Of a DNA stretch of 43,553 nucleotides, positions 19,521 to 29,347 are shown in pieces. Both the position numbers and the translations under genes were made by a program. This DNA comes from Myxococcota bacterium (GTDB taxonomy: Bacteria; Myxococcota; UBA4151), in assembly GCA_040260805.1 (NCBI GenBank), contig JBDQPD010000016.1:1-43553 (forward strand), written 5' to 3'. A model generated the notes under the pieces. It was not told the origin of the DNA. It worked only from the letters and a program-made list of their open reading frames with translations, and did no database searches. Numbering within the stretch: position 1 is the stretch's first letter; the number at the start of each line of letters is the position of its first letter.

Positions 19521-21386
19521 TTGAGCCGGATTCTCGTCCTTGATGACGACAAGCGATTCTGTGAGAGCCTAGCCGCTCTGCTTGAGGGGCTAGGCTATGA
19601 AGTCCTTCAGGCGCGCACTTGCGTCGAGGCTACCGAGGTCTGCGCCGAAACCTTACCCGATTTAGCCTTGGTTGATTTGGTGCTTCCCGGGCCCGAGCCC
19701 GATGCCTTTGTCCAAGAGCTCAGGGTTAGAAACAGTACCATGCCGGTGGTGCTCATGTCGGGATTTTTCCAAGGGGGAAAAGAGGTCGAGCGGATGCAGC
19801 GTTTATGCGGCACCGACCTGTTCTTACCCAAACCTTTTGATTTTGATCGCTTGGTGGCGTTGCTGCGGACTCAGCTTGGTGACCCAACAGCTTTAGGCGA
19901 CGGCAGCCAGGAGCCTGATATTGATCAGTCGGGTCGACTTACACAAACCAGCTTAGCGACGGTTTTGATGCGGGCGGGCGCGTCGGACACGCCGATGATC
20001 GTCGACAGTCAAAATCAACGCGGGCGTCACCGTTACTTTGTGCGCTCGGGCCACCTACACTTTTGGCAAAGCGATCAGCCGGGGCTTAACTTGCCCGGTT
20101 TACTTGGCTTGAACGCTAGCGAAGCCGCCCTGCCCATTGCGATCGCTCGAAATGCTAATTTGCCCCTGATCGATGCTCTGATTGAGCAAGGGTTGTGCAG
20201 TCGTGACCAGGCGATTCGAGGCTGGCGCATGGGCGCTCTTAGTCTGGTGCAGTCTGGATTGCTCAGCCCCGGGCGGGCGGTGGTGCGCGAGGCGCCGGGC
20301 TGGGAAGACATCTTACCCGACCTAAGCCTCGACTTACCCACAATGGTTTTGCACGGAGTTTCCCAGGCTCATGCCAAACGGGTTCATCATTATCTAGCGC
20401 CTCGAAGCTCGGGTTTGTTGCTGCCAGGACCCAACTACAAACGCTTGGCTAAGGAGCACCAAAAGATCTTCAAACTGGGTGTGCGAGATCAGATCGATAG
20501 TTCGGGAACCTTGAGCGCTGAGATTATGGATCGGCTTTGGAGCGATCCGAGGCGAAGAGATCGAGTCTATGCTGAACTCTACGCCCTAATGGTGACCGGG
20601 CAGGTGATTGTGCTGCAGGCGAATGAGGAAGCAGCGACAGGGCAGCCTGATGCTGGCTTCGGTGTCATCCAAACCAGCACTGAGCATTATCATGATAGCC
20701 TGGAAGGGCTTGAGCCCGAGGTGGTGAAAGTCCGTGAGGATATTCGTCGGCTCTACGATGAGCAAGATGGTCGTGATCACTATTCAGCGCTGGGCATTCT
20801 CATCGGTGCTAATGAGACCGAAGTGGCGGAAGCTTTTCGTGATCGGTTCGCAACCTACCATACCGACCGGTTTAGAGGCATGGACCTCGGCAGTGACCTT
20901 GAGCTTCTGCAGCGTGTGCTCGCTCGCTGGGGTGAGGCGCGCGACTTGCTGACGAACGCTGAAGAGCGCAAGGAATACGATCTGGCGATCGAGCGCGAAG
21001 CGGCTGGTGCCTCGGCGGATGTGGATGCACTGCTCGCTGCTGACGGACTGGTTCGACGCGCTGAAAAAGCGATCGAGACAGGTCACTTCAAGCAGGCGCA
21101 TACGCTGATGCTTGAAGTGCTGCAGCTTCGTCCAGATGCCGAGCAGTATCAGTTTCTCGGCGCATTCTGCGGTGGAATGCAGGGTATTGGAGAGGCTTTA
21201 GAGGTCTATGAGCAGATGAAGGAACTCAGCGAGGTCGCCACGGTGGCCGGTGCCCAGCGGATGCTCGGTCAAGTGGCGCTAAGAGGTGGCGAGCGAGAGG
21301 TGGCGAGACGCCATTTCAAAGCGGCTCTGTCAGCACGCTCTGATGACTTCATCGCCCAGCGCGAGCTGCGCCGACTTGAGGCTTAG
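19521..21386 (+). CDS. Response regulator: REC + DUF4388-like + J-domain-like + TPR
   Basis: REC motifs VLDDD, LVDLVLPG, MSG and KPF. J-like segment DHYSALGI...YHTDRF...LTNAEERKEYD. C-terminal TPR-like helices. Confidence 0.85.
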   Translation: MSRILVLDDDKRFCESLAALLEGLGYEVLQARTCVEATEVCAETLPDLALVDLVLPGPEPDAFVQELRVRNSTMPVVLMSGFFQGGKEVERMQRLCGTDLFLPKPFDFDRLVALLRTQLGDPTALGDGSQEPDIDQSGRLTQTSLATVLMRAGASDTPMIVDSQNQRGRHRYFVRSGHLHFWQSDQPGLNLPGLLGLNASEAALPIAIARNANLPLIDALIEQGLCSRDQAIRGWRMGALSLVQSGLLSPGRAVVREAPGWEDILPDLSLDLPTMVLHGVSQAHAKRVHHYLAPRSSGLLLPGPNYKRLAKEHQKIFKLGVRDQIDSSGTLSAEIMDRLWSDPRRRDRVYAELYALMVTGQVIVLQANEEAATGQPDAGFGVIQTSTEHYHDSLEGLEPEVVKVREDIRRLYDEQDGRDHYSALGILIGANETEVAEAFRDRFATYHTDRFRGMDLGSDLELLQRVLARWGEARDLLTNAEERKEYDLAIEREAAGASADVDALLAADGLVRRAEKAIETGHFKQAHTLMLEVLQLRPDAEQYQFLGAFCGGMQGIGEALEVYEQMKELSEVATVAGAQRMLGQVALRGGEREVARRHFKAALSARSDDFIAQRELRRLEA

Positions 21387-23704
21387 CGTCTCCGTCGACG
21401 CCGGCGGACCCCAAACGCAAGCAACCACATGATGCCCACCGATGAACCGCCTGAGCAGGCGCAACCTGATGCTGGAGTGGCTTCGGGCTGAGGCTCGACC
21501 GGCGGCGCAGGTGGGATGCATTCAGCCGCCAAGTCTTCATCGATATCGACTTGAAGTTCGATGTCTCGAAGGACCTTCGCTTCACCGGTTGTACCGATGC
21601 TGACAAAAAGGCTCTCGGCGCAGCTGATGTCGAGGTTGGTCATCGCTAGCCGCTCCGAAGAGCCGCGTCGTGCGGTATCAAAAATCGCTTGTCCGTCATG
21701 GCTCACGTCGCCGTTATCGTAATCAAAGACGATGCGCTCTCGAAGCTTCACGACACCTTGAATCTCGCCCTCATCCTGACCACCACCTCCGCCTGGAAGA
21801 CCTGTGGTGCCTCCCTGAGCGGAGGTCCAGCTTAACTGAGCAGCCCGGGTGCCGGCGGGCAGGTGAATTTCGATTTGATAAGGGGCAGGGATGAACTCAC
21901 CGCGCCGCAGCCCAAAGTTGTCGGCGGTGTTCAGGTGAAGCGCCTCGATGACGACCGTCTCCGGGATGGTTCCGTCGGCAGGGTTGATCGCTCGCGTGCG
22001 CTCACAGTCGAGCAAGCCTTGGTCGATAAAGAAGTCGCGTAGCCTGTTGGCGGTGGTTTCACCCAGGGACAGCTTGGTCTCTTCGGTCACTGCGGTGGCG
22101 GCATCGGTGTAGCCTGCGTTGCGACCGACCATGGTGGTCATGGCGGTAAACACTGCGGTATCAAATGCAGGACGCTCGCTTGGATCTAGACCCTGACGAA
22201 AGGCCCAGAGCGAGCTCGCCCACGGCTCTCCGTCATCATGAACTTCGCCGGTCAGATCATTAGGGCAAGCCTTGGCTGCGCTGAGCTCTCGGATGCCACC
22301 GCTGCCCACGTAACGACCGAGGGTCGGGTTTTCGGTGAGGGTGAGCGCTCCATAGTCGGCGAAGCCTTCATTGAGTGAGCCGGGCGTCAGATGCGCTCCG
22401 AAGTCGTCTATGTAGCCGCCCGATAGCTTGCTGGTGGATCCAATCACCGCATGGATCAGCTCGTGGTACAAAACATCCGCTGCGTAGATGAATTTACTCT
22501 GGACGCCTTGGAACATCAGCACTGAGTCAAAAGCGCGCTCTAAGGGCAAATCAACATTCCCGGTGCCTTGGCCGATCGCAGGGACATAAGCGGCGTTGTC
22601 GAAGGGGTAGAAGCAGTCGATCTCGATCGGTTGCTGCGTGAACGAGCCGATGCAACCCATCGCATTGAGTGATGCAATTTCTGATTGGCCACCGAAGGGT
22701 ATCGAAGGCAGTAAATAGTTGACCGCGATGCGCAAGGGCATGCTGCGTTGGGTTTGGTTGTCAAATCGAAAGCCCTGCAAGCCGCGCTCGCGCAAGTGCT
22801 CGAGGAACAGGTGCGCATGATGATAGCCTTGGACCTCGGCGAAGTTGTCGCGATGTGGCGCGTGTGGGTCATCGATCGACGCACGGATAGGGGTCGCAAA
22901 GGTGTTGTTTCCCCGCAGATCATACTGACTCGGTTCGAACATCCAGTCGCCGTTGTCATCGGGAGCCGCCACGGCGAACTCGTCACAGATCGGAAGCCTT
23001 GCGTTAAATCCGCCGAGATCCACGTCGATGCGGGTCGGTTCTGTATTGGCCTGACAAAGCTTGGTCACACAGCAGTTGCTGATGTCGAAATCCTCTGAGC
23101 GCAAGCGGGTCCCGGGGGCCGGCGACAGCGTCACGGTCTCGGTGGTGTCCATGTCCCGATCTTCGCCGGGGTCGTAATCAAAGACCCGAGCCTGGTTGGC
23201 GTGCACCACACGGTTGACTGAGCTCAGCACCTTGCCCGTCTCTGCGTCGACGAGCGTCTCAAGACTCCACAAAGGAACCGGAGCGGCTTGGTGCACAACA
23301 TACACGGCGCGCAATCCCTCGGTCTGAGGAAGCCAGGCTCTAAAGGTTGCGCTGTGACGACGAGCCTCTTGATCATCTTGATACCGAGGTAATGGCGCCT
23401 CGACGCGCGCTGCACTCCAGGCTTGGTCTTCGGAGATAAGCCAAGTGCCTAGCCGAACAAACCGCTCAGGGAATCCATCACGTCGGATGAATAAGGGCTC
23501 CGCCTGAGCCGAGCGACGGACAATAATTTGTGCGCCGTGAATCGGAAGGCCGTCGAGTTTGGCTTGGACAAACAAGGCGTCACCATGAGCGACTCGCATC
23601 TGTTTACGAAGCTCGAGCTCGAGCCCCTGTGCGCTCGGAATACCGAGCTCTACCGGGCTAACGGCCACGGCACCTAAGAATAAGACACTGATCAGAATAT
23701 TCAT
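21383..23704 (-). CDS. Secreted zinc metalloprotease (M4/M36 thermolysin-fungalysin-like) with MYXO-CTERM-like sorting tail
   Basis: Signal peptide and FTP/PepSY-like propeptide (LVDAETGKVL). DVLYHELIH (HExxH), GSLNEGFADY (third ligand) and GEVHDDG. Tail SGCACSGGSSVGIMWLLAFGVRRRRRR. Confidence 0.9.
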   Translation of the reverse strand: MNILISVLFLGAVAVSPVELGIPSAQGLELELRKQMRVAHGDALFVQAKLDGLPIHGAQIIVRRSAQAEPLFIRRDGFPERFVRLGTWLISEDQAWSAARVEAPLPRYQDDQEARRHSATFRAWLPQTEGLRAVYVVHQAAPVPLWSLETLVDAETGKVLSSVNRVVHANQARVFDYDPGEDRDMDTTETVTLSPAPGTRLRSEDFDISNCCVTKLCQANTEPTRIDVDLGGFNARLPICDEFAVAAPDDNGDWMFEPSQYDLRGNNTFATPIRASIDDPHAPHRDNFAEVQGYHHAHLFLEHLRERGLQGFRFDNQTQRSMPLRIAVNYLLPSIPFGGQSEIASLNAMGCIGSFTQQPIEIDCFYPFDNAAYVPAIGQGTGNVDLPLERAFDSVLMFQGVQSKFIYAADVLYHELIHAVIGSTSKLSGGYIDDFGAHLTPGSLNEGFADYGALTLTENPTLGRYVGSGGIRELSAAKACPNDLTGEVHDDGEPWASSLWAFRQGLDPSERPAFDTAVFTAMTTMVGRNAGYTDAATAVTEETKLSLGETTANRLRDFFIDQGLLDCERTRAINPADGTIPETVVIEALHLNTADNFGLRRGEFIPAPYQIEIHLPAGTRAAQLSWTSAQGGTTGLPGGGGGQDEGEIQGVVKLRERIVFDYDNGDVSHDGQAIFDTARRGSSERLAMTNLDISCAESLFVSIGTTGEAKVLRDIELQVDIDEDLAAECIPPAPPVEPQPEATPASGCACSGGSSVGIMWLLAFGVRRRRRRR

Positions 23705-23862
23705 GGCGAACTCCTAACTTACATCTAAAACTACTCACAAGTAGGTTATGGGTCTGTAGGTCATTTGACGGTCTAATTGATGTTAAATTGAAGAAGCAGG
23801 GCCTGTGAGTCGTACAACACCTATGCTAGGGCAGCGTCGCCCAAAGCGGAAAGGACACTATC

Positions 23863-24618
23863 GTGCTCCGAATCATGAGTTCCATTCTGGTGTTAGCCCT
23901 TGCTTTTCCTTCTTTTGCGCAAGCCGCTCAGGAAGCCGCATCGATCTCAAAAGATCATTATGACGCCTACTGTCGGTACAAGAATTTCATCGCCGATGAG
24001 AAAACGCTCAAGCGCTACAAGAGCGTCGAGCGGGCACACAAAGCGTTCGCTCGAGCAGAAAAAATGAAGGGCCAAGCCCTCACCGATTTGATCACTCAAG
24101 GTGATTCGGTCGGCAGTTGTGAGGCGTTCAAGCCGATCTGGGAAACCCGTCTCAAAGATGAGCTCAAAGCGATTGGTAGCGTTGGGGATGTGATCAAGCT
24201 CTTTGATGAGCAAGAGTTTGCTCAGCGTATTGATTGGTCAGAGGTCAACGCCTCGAACAGCGCACATGTCGTGGTTTGGGTGAGTTGGAAGTTCAAGGAT
24301 CTGCGCTTTATCGAAGAAGAAGCGGCTTTGGTGGGCGCAGCCGTCGCCCGTGCGATTCCCGCGGTCGGAACGCTGAGCATTTGGGCACACAAAGGCTCGA
24401 AGAAACGTATGGTCTTTGAAGCCAAAACTTATGGCAGCAACCTCAGCTTCATGAAGCCAGATCAAGCAGGCACCTTTGGTAAGACGCGCTACTGGCGCTT
24501 CTTCGAAAATATTCGCTTTCATAAGGTGCTGCGCCGTAAGCTCAAGAACGGCGAAGAGGTGTTGGCCAACGCCAAAACCAAGCCGGATGCACCGACCGAA
24601 GACAGCAAAGCAAACTGA
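23863..24618 (+). CDS. Exported hypothetical protein
   Basis: AAGGA SD, signal peptide ending AQA, natural codon usage. No motif I can name. Confidence 0.75.
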   Translation: MLRIMSSILVLALAFPSFAQAAQEAASISKDHYDAYCRYKNFIADEKTLKRYKSVERAHKAFARAEKMKGQALTDLITQGDSVGSCEAFKPIWETRLKDELKAIGSVGDVIKLFDEQEFAQRIDWSEVNASNSAHVVVWVSWKFKDLRFIEEEAALVGAAVARAIPAVGTLSIWAHKGSKKRMVFEAKTYGSNLSFMKPDQAGTFGKTRYWRFFENIRFHKVLRRKLKNGEEVLANAKTKPDAPTEDSKAN

Positions 24619-24671
24619 CCCCCTGACCGATGGGCGCGCTTAGGGTATGAGGGCTCGGTAAGGAGTCCACA

Positions 24672-26183
24672 GTGGAGCCCCAAGAGGTCCCAGAGCGAAT
24701 TGGTCGCTACGAGGTGATTCAGCACCTCGCAAGCGGTGGTATGGCTGATCTGTTCTTGTGTCGTCAGACCGGACCGATGGGCTTTGAAAAGGTCGCAGCG
24801 GTCAAAAAGATTCGTAGCCGACATTCGGACGATAGTGAGTTCCTCACGATGTTCATGGATGAAGCACGCATCGCTGCGTTGCTCAATCATCCCAACATTG
24901 CACAGATCTATGAGCTCGGCAGTGAAGACGGCTCTCCGTACATGGCGATGGAATTCGTCAGTGGCCGTAATCTCTCGGCGATCTTCAAGAAGTCCTTAGC
25001 CAAAGGGATCACCATTCCCGAGCATATCGTCGCTGGGATTATGGTCGGGATTGTCCGCGGGCTCGACTATGCTCATCAGCGTAAGTCACTCGAAGGCATG
25101 CCCTTGGACTTGGTGCATCGTGATGTGACGCCGCAAAATGTTCTGGTCAGTAACGACGGACAGATTAAACTGGTCGATTTTGGGATCGCTAAAGCTGCCA
25201 ATCAAGTGGCGCGAACTCGGCACGGGGTGATCAAAGGAAAATACAGCTACATGAGCCCTGAGCAGGTGCGCAGCCAGCCTCTCGATGGTCGCTCGGATCT
25301 CTTCGCTGTGGGTATTTTGATGTACGAAGCGCTGACGGCGCATCGCCCCTTTAAAAGAGGGAACACGGTGGAGACCCTCAAAGCGGTGATCCAGGATCTC
25401 CCGCCCGATCCGAGGCGCTACAATGCGGCTCTGAGTAAACCGATGATCGACATCATCGCCCGCTCGTTGTTCAAAAAGCGGAGTCGACGCTTTGCGGACG
25501 CGGGGAAGATGCTCGTCGCACTCGAGAAGGTGATTCACGATCAAGATGCGCCTGTGACCCCGGGCGTTATCTCCCGCTGGGTCAACCAACTCTTTGAAGA
25601 CGACGCTGACCGAGCTGAGCGTACGATTGTTCTGCAAGATATCGGCGAGCTGCTGTTACCCGATGCTGAATCGGAGAGCGTTGTCGTCGATATCGAAGAC
25701 GATGAGGAGCAGGGAATCCCTGAAAAGACCGTCATCTCGATGCTGAGTGAGGTCCACCCCGAAGAGCAGTCCGACTTGTCCGGAAGTCTCTCCGTTCAGG
25801 AGGGGAGCGTTGATCCGGAGCAGGCGGTCCTCGACCATAACGCCACCATTCCGCACATGGTTCATTTTGAAGCCAGCCTCGATGACGAGGTCGACGCCGA
25901 CGATCGAACGATGATCTCGGATCCGCCGGTTCAAGCGCTTTTGGACGCCTTATCGGATCCTGAACCCGTTGCGGCTGCGGCACATAAACCGCCAGAGGCT
26001 CCGGCTGGCGGTTTTCGGGTTCAGGCTGAGGTTAACCTTCCGCCGCGGCCCGGCCCTTCGAGCGTTAACCCTAGTTTTATTGACCACGCAGCCGATCATC
26101 GCTTGACCTTACTCAAATTCATCGCTCTTGGAGTGGGTATAGGCGCCACGCTTCTGATGGGGCTGATTTTCTTGTCCAAATAA
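24672..26183 (+). CDS. Hanks-type Ser/Thr protein kinase with acidic tail and C-terminal TM anchor
   Basis: LASGGMA, AVKKI, DEARIAA, HRDVTPQN, DFGIAK, GKYSYMSPEQ and SDLFAVG motifs. Terminal hydrophobic helix. Confidence 0.96.
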   Translation: MEPQEVPERIGRYEVIQHLASGGMADLFLCRQTGPMGFEKVAAVKKIRSRHSDDSEFLTMFMDEARIAALLNHPNIAQIYELGSEDGSPYMAMEFVSGRNLSAIFKKSLAKGITIPEHIVAGIMVGIVRGLDYAHQRKSLEGMPLDLVHRDVTPQNVLVSNDGQIKLVDFGIAKAANQVARTRHGVIKGKYSYMSPEQVRSQPLDGRSDLFAVGILMYEALTAHRPFKRGNTVETLKAVIQDLPPDPRRYNAALSKPMIDIIARSLFKKRSRRFADAGKMLVALEKVIHDQDAPVTPGVISRWVNQLFEDDADRAERTIVLQDIGELLLPDAESESVVVDIEDDEEQGIPEKTVISMLSEVHPEEQSDLSGSLSVQEGSVDPEQAVLDHNATIPHMVHFEASLDDEVDADDRTMISDPPVQALLDALSDPEPVAAAAHKPPEAPAGGFRVQAEVNLPPRPGPSSVNPSFIDHAADHRLTLLKFIALGVGIGATLLMGLIFLSK

Positions 26184-26195
26184 GCCCGGACGTCG

Positions 26196-29093
26196 ATGCG
26201 CTCTTTACTGCTCTTTTGTTTCTTTGCCTCTGGCGCTGCGGGTCTCATCTTTGAGGTCATCTGGTCGCGTCTGCTCGGCCATGTTTTTGGCGCGACGAGT
26301 TTAGCGGTAGCGACCACGCTGAGTGCCTTTATGGGCGGCTTAGCGATCGGCGCGTTGCTTATCGCTCGGTACATGCATCACGTGCGCCGCCCCGCGCTTT
26401 GGTATGCAGCCTTTGAGGCTTTGATTGCCGTTTATGGCTTAGCCGTGCCCCAACTTCTGGGACTCGCTGATTGGGTCCAGGCGAATTTTTGGCCTGGAGA
26501 TGGCAGCTCGTTTTTATTGTATTCGAGCATCCGGTTAGCGGTCGCTTTGGTCATCTTGCTTCCACCAGCCGCGCTGATGGGTGCGACCTTGCCCTTGCTG
26601 ACCGAGGCGGTCGCACGCGGCGGATGGGCTCCGGGGCGCACGGTCGGTACGCTGTATGCTGCCAACACCTTGGGCGCTGTTTTCGGGGCTGCGCTGGTTG
26701 GGTTTGTGTTGATTCCCCAGCTGGGTGTGACGCGCGCCAACTGGGTCGCTGTTGCGATTGATCTCGTGATTGCGGTGGTGTTGACCGTTGCGGCGCTTCG
26801 TGTGCGTTCGGAGATGGTCCCGGCTGAGTCGTCAAGTGCACTCGATGGCGTGGTGAGCAAGGGTAAGCTTTTGCTGGTCGTGGTGGCGATCAGCGGTGGC
26901 CTATCGATGGCGATGCAGGTTCTTTGGACCCGCGGGATGTCGGTGGTGCTCGGCTCATCAACCTATGCCTTCACCATTATTTTGGTGGTGTTTTTGACCG
27001 GCTTAGCGGTCGGTTCTGCCGTCGCTGGCCGGTATGTTGACGCCGACGAGCGCCCCGTTTTTAGGTTAGGGTTGATTCTCGCCTTAGCTGGCTTGTTTGG
27101 CTTCATAGGCAGCAGCTTTATCGACGACTTGCCCCACACCCTCCAGGGATTTGTCGTTCGTCCTGACCTCACCATCAGCGGCTTGATTTCGGTCGAGTTG
27201 TTGTTGTGCGGGCTGGTGATGGCGCCAGCGACCTTACTGCTCGGCGCCGTCTTTCCTTATGTGGTTCGAGGGTTAGCTGCGCGCGGTGGGTTGGGGGACT
27301 TGGTCGGCCGGGCCTATGGCGCCAATACGATCGGCGCGATCGTTGGGTCTTTGATCGGTGCCTTCGTTTTAATACCGATGCTGACGGTCTATAAAGGGCT
27401 GGTGGCATTGCATTGTGCCCAGCTGCTCTTGGGGGCGCTGCTGATCGCTACGGCTCGAGCTAAAGGCATCGATCGTGAGCGCCGGATGCGTTGGGTCATG
27501 GGTCTTTGCGCCATCGCTGCGAGTGTTTGGATGGTCCCGGGTTGGAACATCTCGCAGTGGTCATTGGGTATGTTTCGCGTCAGCGTCGCCCGCGCCTACG
27601 GAGCCGATGCAGCCGAAGCCTTCGGCCAACTGATTTATCACGCAGATGGATTGGCGACCACGGTGACGGTGGAGCGTAACGATGACGTCACGTTGCTCAA
27701 GGTGAACGGTAAGGTCGACGCTTCGAGTCATGGCGATATGCCCACGCAAGTGCTCAGCGGTCTCTTACCCATCGCGCTGCATCCCGACCCTAAGGATGTT
27801 GCGGTCATCGGTTGGGGCAGCGGAGTGACCCCAGGAGCCGTCCTGGCTGCGCCGATCGAGCGGCTCGATTTGATCGAGCTCGAAAAAGAAGTGGTCTACG
27901 CCGGGCGTTTCTTCGCCGACGTGAACGGCGAACCCGAGAAAGACCCTCGAACGCGTGTGGTTTATGATGATGGCCGCAACTTCATGAAGGCGACCAAGCG
28001 TCGCTATGATGTGATCATTTCCGAGCCCAGTAACCCCTGGATTTCAGGCGCTTCGGCGCTGTTCACGCGTGAGTTCTTCGAAATTCTCAAGAGCCGCTTG
28101 AAGCCCGACGGTATGAGTTTGCAGTGGATCCAACTCTACGAACTCTCAAGTCGCTCGATCAAAGCGCTGTGGCGTTCTTATGCCTCAACCTTCAAGCATG
28201 CGCTGGTGATTCAGGCGCACCCGACCTCCAACGACATCTTCTTGATCGGCTCAGATAAGCCCTTGGTTTTGAACCGCAAGCGAGTCCTTGAGCTGATGGC
28301 GCACAAGCCGGCAGCCGAGCGCTTCGCGCAAGCGAAAGTGCTGAGCGACGTGGACCTGTTGCCGCGTTTGGTCTTTGGTATGACGGAGCTGCGCGCTTGG
28401 GTTGGTGAGGGACCGCTCAACACCGATGACAACGCCTTGGTTGAGTTTGAGGGGCCTTTAGACCTGCTGCGCTATGCGAGCCGAGGTGCTGAGTTGCCTT
28501 TCTTTGAAGCGGTCAAAGGCCGCCGTCACGAAGCCATCGCTCGCTACACCAAAGGTTGGGGCGCCTCGACGACCAAAGCGGTCGCTTGGGGGATGACCCG
28601 TGCCGGCTGGTTTGCTGACGCCCGAAAGGCCCTCAAAGCGTCTGATCAGCCAGACCCTGAGTTGAGCTTCGTTCTCGATCGGTTTGAAGAGCTCGATCAG
28701 CGCAAGGTGTGGGACCAGCAAGCTGCGGCAGAAGATCCTGAGTACCGCCAAATCGGGACGCTGATGATCGATTCGGGGCCTCGACATGCTGAGAGTGCGC
28801 TCTTGGACCAGGATGGCTTTATTGATCGGAGCTCGGCGCATGCCTTCTTGGCGGGCTATATTTTGCTGCACGCTGGCGAGCCAAATTTAGCGGTCCAGGT
28901 GCTTCAGCGCGCGGCAGGTGACGCAGTCTATCGCGAAGAACGGCCGGCGCTAGTGTACTATCTAGCCAGAGCTTTGGTCGAAGATGGTCAGGTACCCGAG
29001 GGGGTCCAGGTCATGCGCACATTGTATGCAAAGGAGCGTCCAGATGCCGCTCAGTCAAAGGTGATCCGAGGCGCTTCTGAGTCGGGTCGATAA
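26196..29093 (+). CDS. Fused MFS-like membrane domain / spermidine synthase-like protein with C-terminal TPR-like region
   Basis: Many TM helices with a duplicated pattern (SGAAGLIFEVIWSR / SGGLSMAMQVLWTR, YAANTLGA / YGANTIGA). Rossmann motifs IGWGSGVT, IELEKEV, DDGRNF and DVIISEPSNPW. Confidence 0.92.
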   Translation: MRSLLLFCFFASGAAGLIFEVIWSRLLGHVFGATSLAVATTLSAFMGGLAIGALLIARYMHHVRRPALWYAAFEALIAVYGLAVPQLLGLADWVQANFWPGDGSSFLLYSSIRLAVALVILLPPAALMGATLPLLTEAVARGGWAPGRTVGTLYAANTLGAVFGAALVGFVLIPQLGVTRANWVAVAIDLVIAVVLTVAALRVRSEMVPAESSSALDGVVSKGKLLLVVVAISGGLSMAMQVLWTRGMSVVLGSSTYAFTIILVVFLTGLAVGSAVAGRYVDADERPVFRLGLILALAGLFGFIGSSFIDDLPHTLQGFVVRPDLTISGLISVELLLCGLVMAPATLLLGAVFPYVVRGLAARGGLGDLVGRAYGANTIGAIVGSLIGAFVLIPMLTVYKGLVALHCAQLLLGALLIATARAKGIDRERRMRWVMGLCAIAASVWMVPGWNISQWSLGMFRVSVARAYGADAAEAFGQLIYHADGLATTVTVERNDDVTLLKVNGKVDASSHGDMPTQVLSGLLPIALHPDPKDVAVIGWGSGVTPGAVLAAPIERLDLIELEKEVVYAGRFFADVNGEPEKDPRTRVVYDDGRNFMKATKRRYDVIISEPSNPWISGASALFTREFFEILKSRLKPDGMSLQWIQLYELSSRSIKALWRSYASTFKHALVIQAHPTSNDIFLIGSDKPLVLNRKRVLELMAHKPAAERFAQAKVLSDVDLLPRLVFGMTELRAWVGEGPLNTDDNALVEFEGPLDLLRYASRGAELPFFEAVKGRRHEAIARYTKGWGASTTKAVAWGMTRAGWFADARKALKASDQPDPELSFVLDRFEELDQRKVWDQQAAAEDPEYRQIGTLMIDSGPRHAESALLDQDGFIDRSSAHAFLAGYILLHAGEPNLAVQVLQRAAGDAVYREERPALVYYLARALVEDGQVPEGVQVMRTLYAKERPDAAQSKVIRGASESGR

Positions 29094-29347
29094 AGAATCC
29101 ACACTCGGCCGATGACGCCAGCTACTTGGGCTTGAGTTCGGCTTGCGAGCTCCGCCGCCCCGGCTTTGCGATCGAGTTCACTGCCCTGACCCACTTTGAC
29201 CTTGATTAACTCATGCGCTGCGAGCGCTTTGTCCGCGGAATCCACCACTCCGTCGGTCAAGCCGGATGCGCCGACTTGAACACTGATCGATAGGCTATGC
29301 GCCAGACCTTTAAGCTTTTGCCGCTGACGAGGTGTTAGATCGGTCAT
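29051..29347 (-). CDS. yhbY: YhbY/CRM-domain RNA-binding protein
   Basis: LTPRQRQKLKGLAHSL, VQVGASGLT, HELIKVKV and IGRVWILYR motifs. ATG at 29347 overlaps the upstream TGA. Confidence 0.92.
   Translation of the reverse strand: MTDLTPRQRQKLKGLAHSLSISVQVGASGLTDGVVDSADKALAAHELIKVKVGQGSELDRKAGAAELASRTQAQVAGVIGRVWILYRPDSEAPRITFD

Noticed and set aside
14158..21890. KOPS-like GGGCAGGG at 14163 and 21883, within an identical 13-mer ATAAGGGGCAGGG
   Set aside because: Both copies are in coding sequence, an opposite-orientation copy exists at 20128, and the counts are too low to show skew.
29051..29093. 43-bp convergent overlap of yhbY and the spermidine synthase-like gene
   Set aside because: Short 3' overlaps are common in compact GC-rich genomes, and there is no other sign of function.
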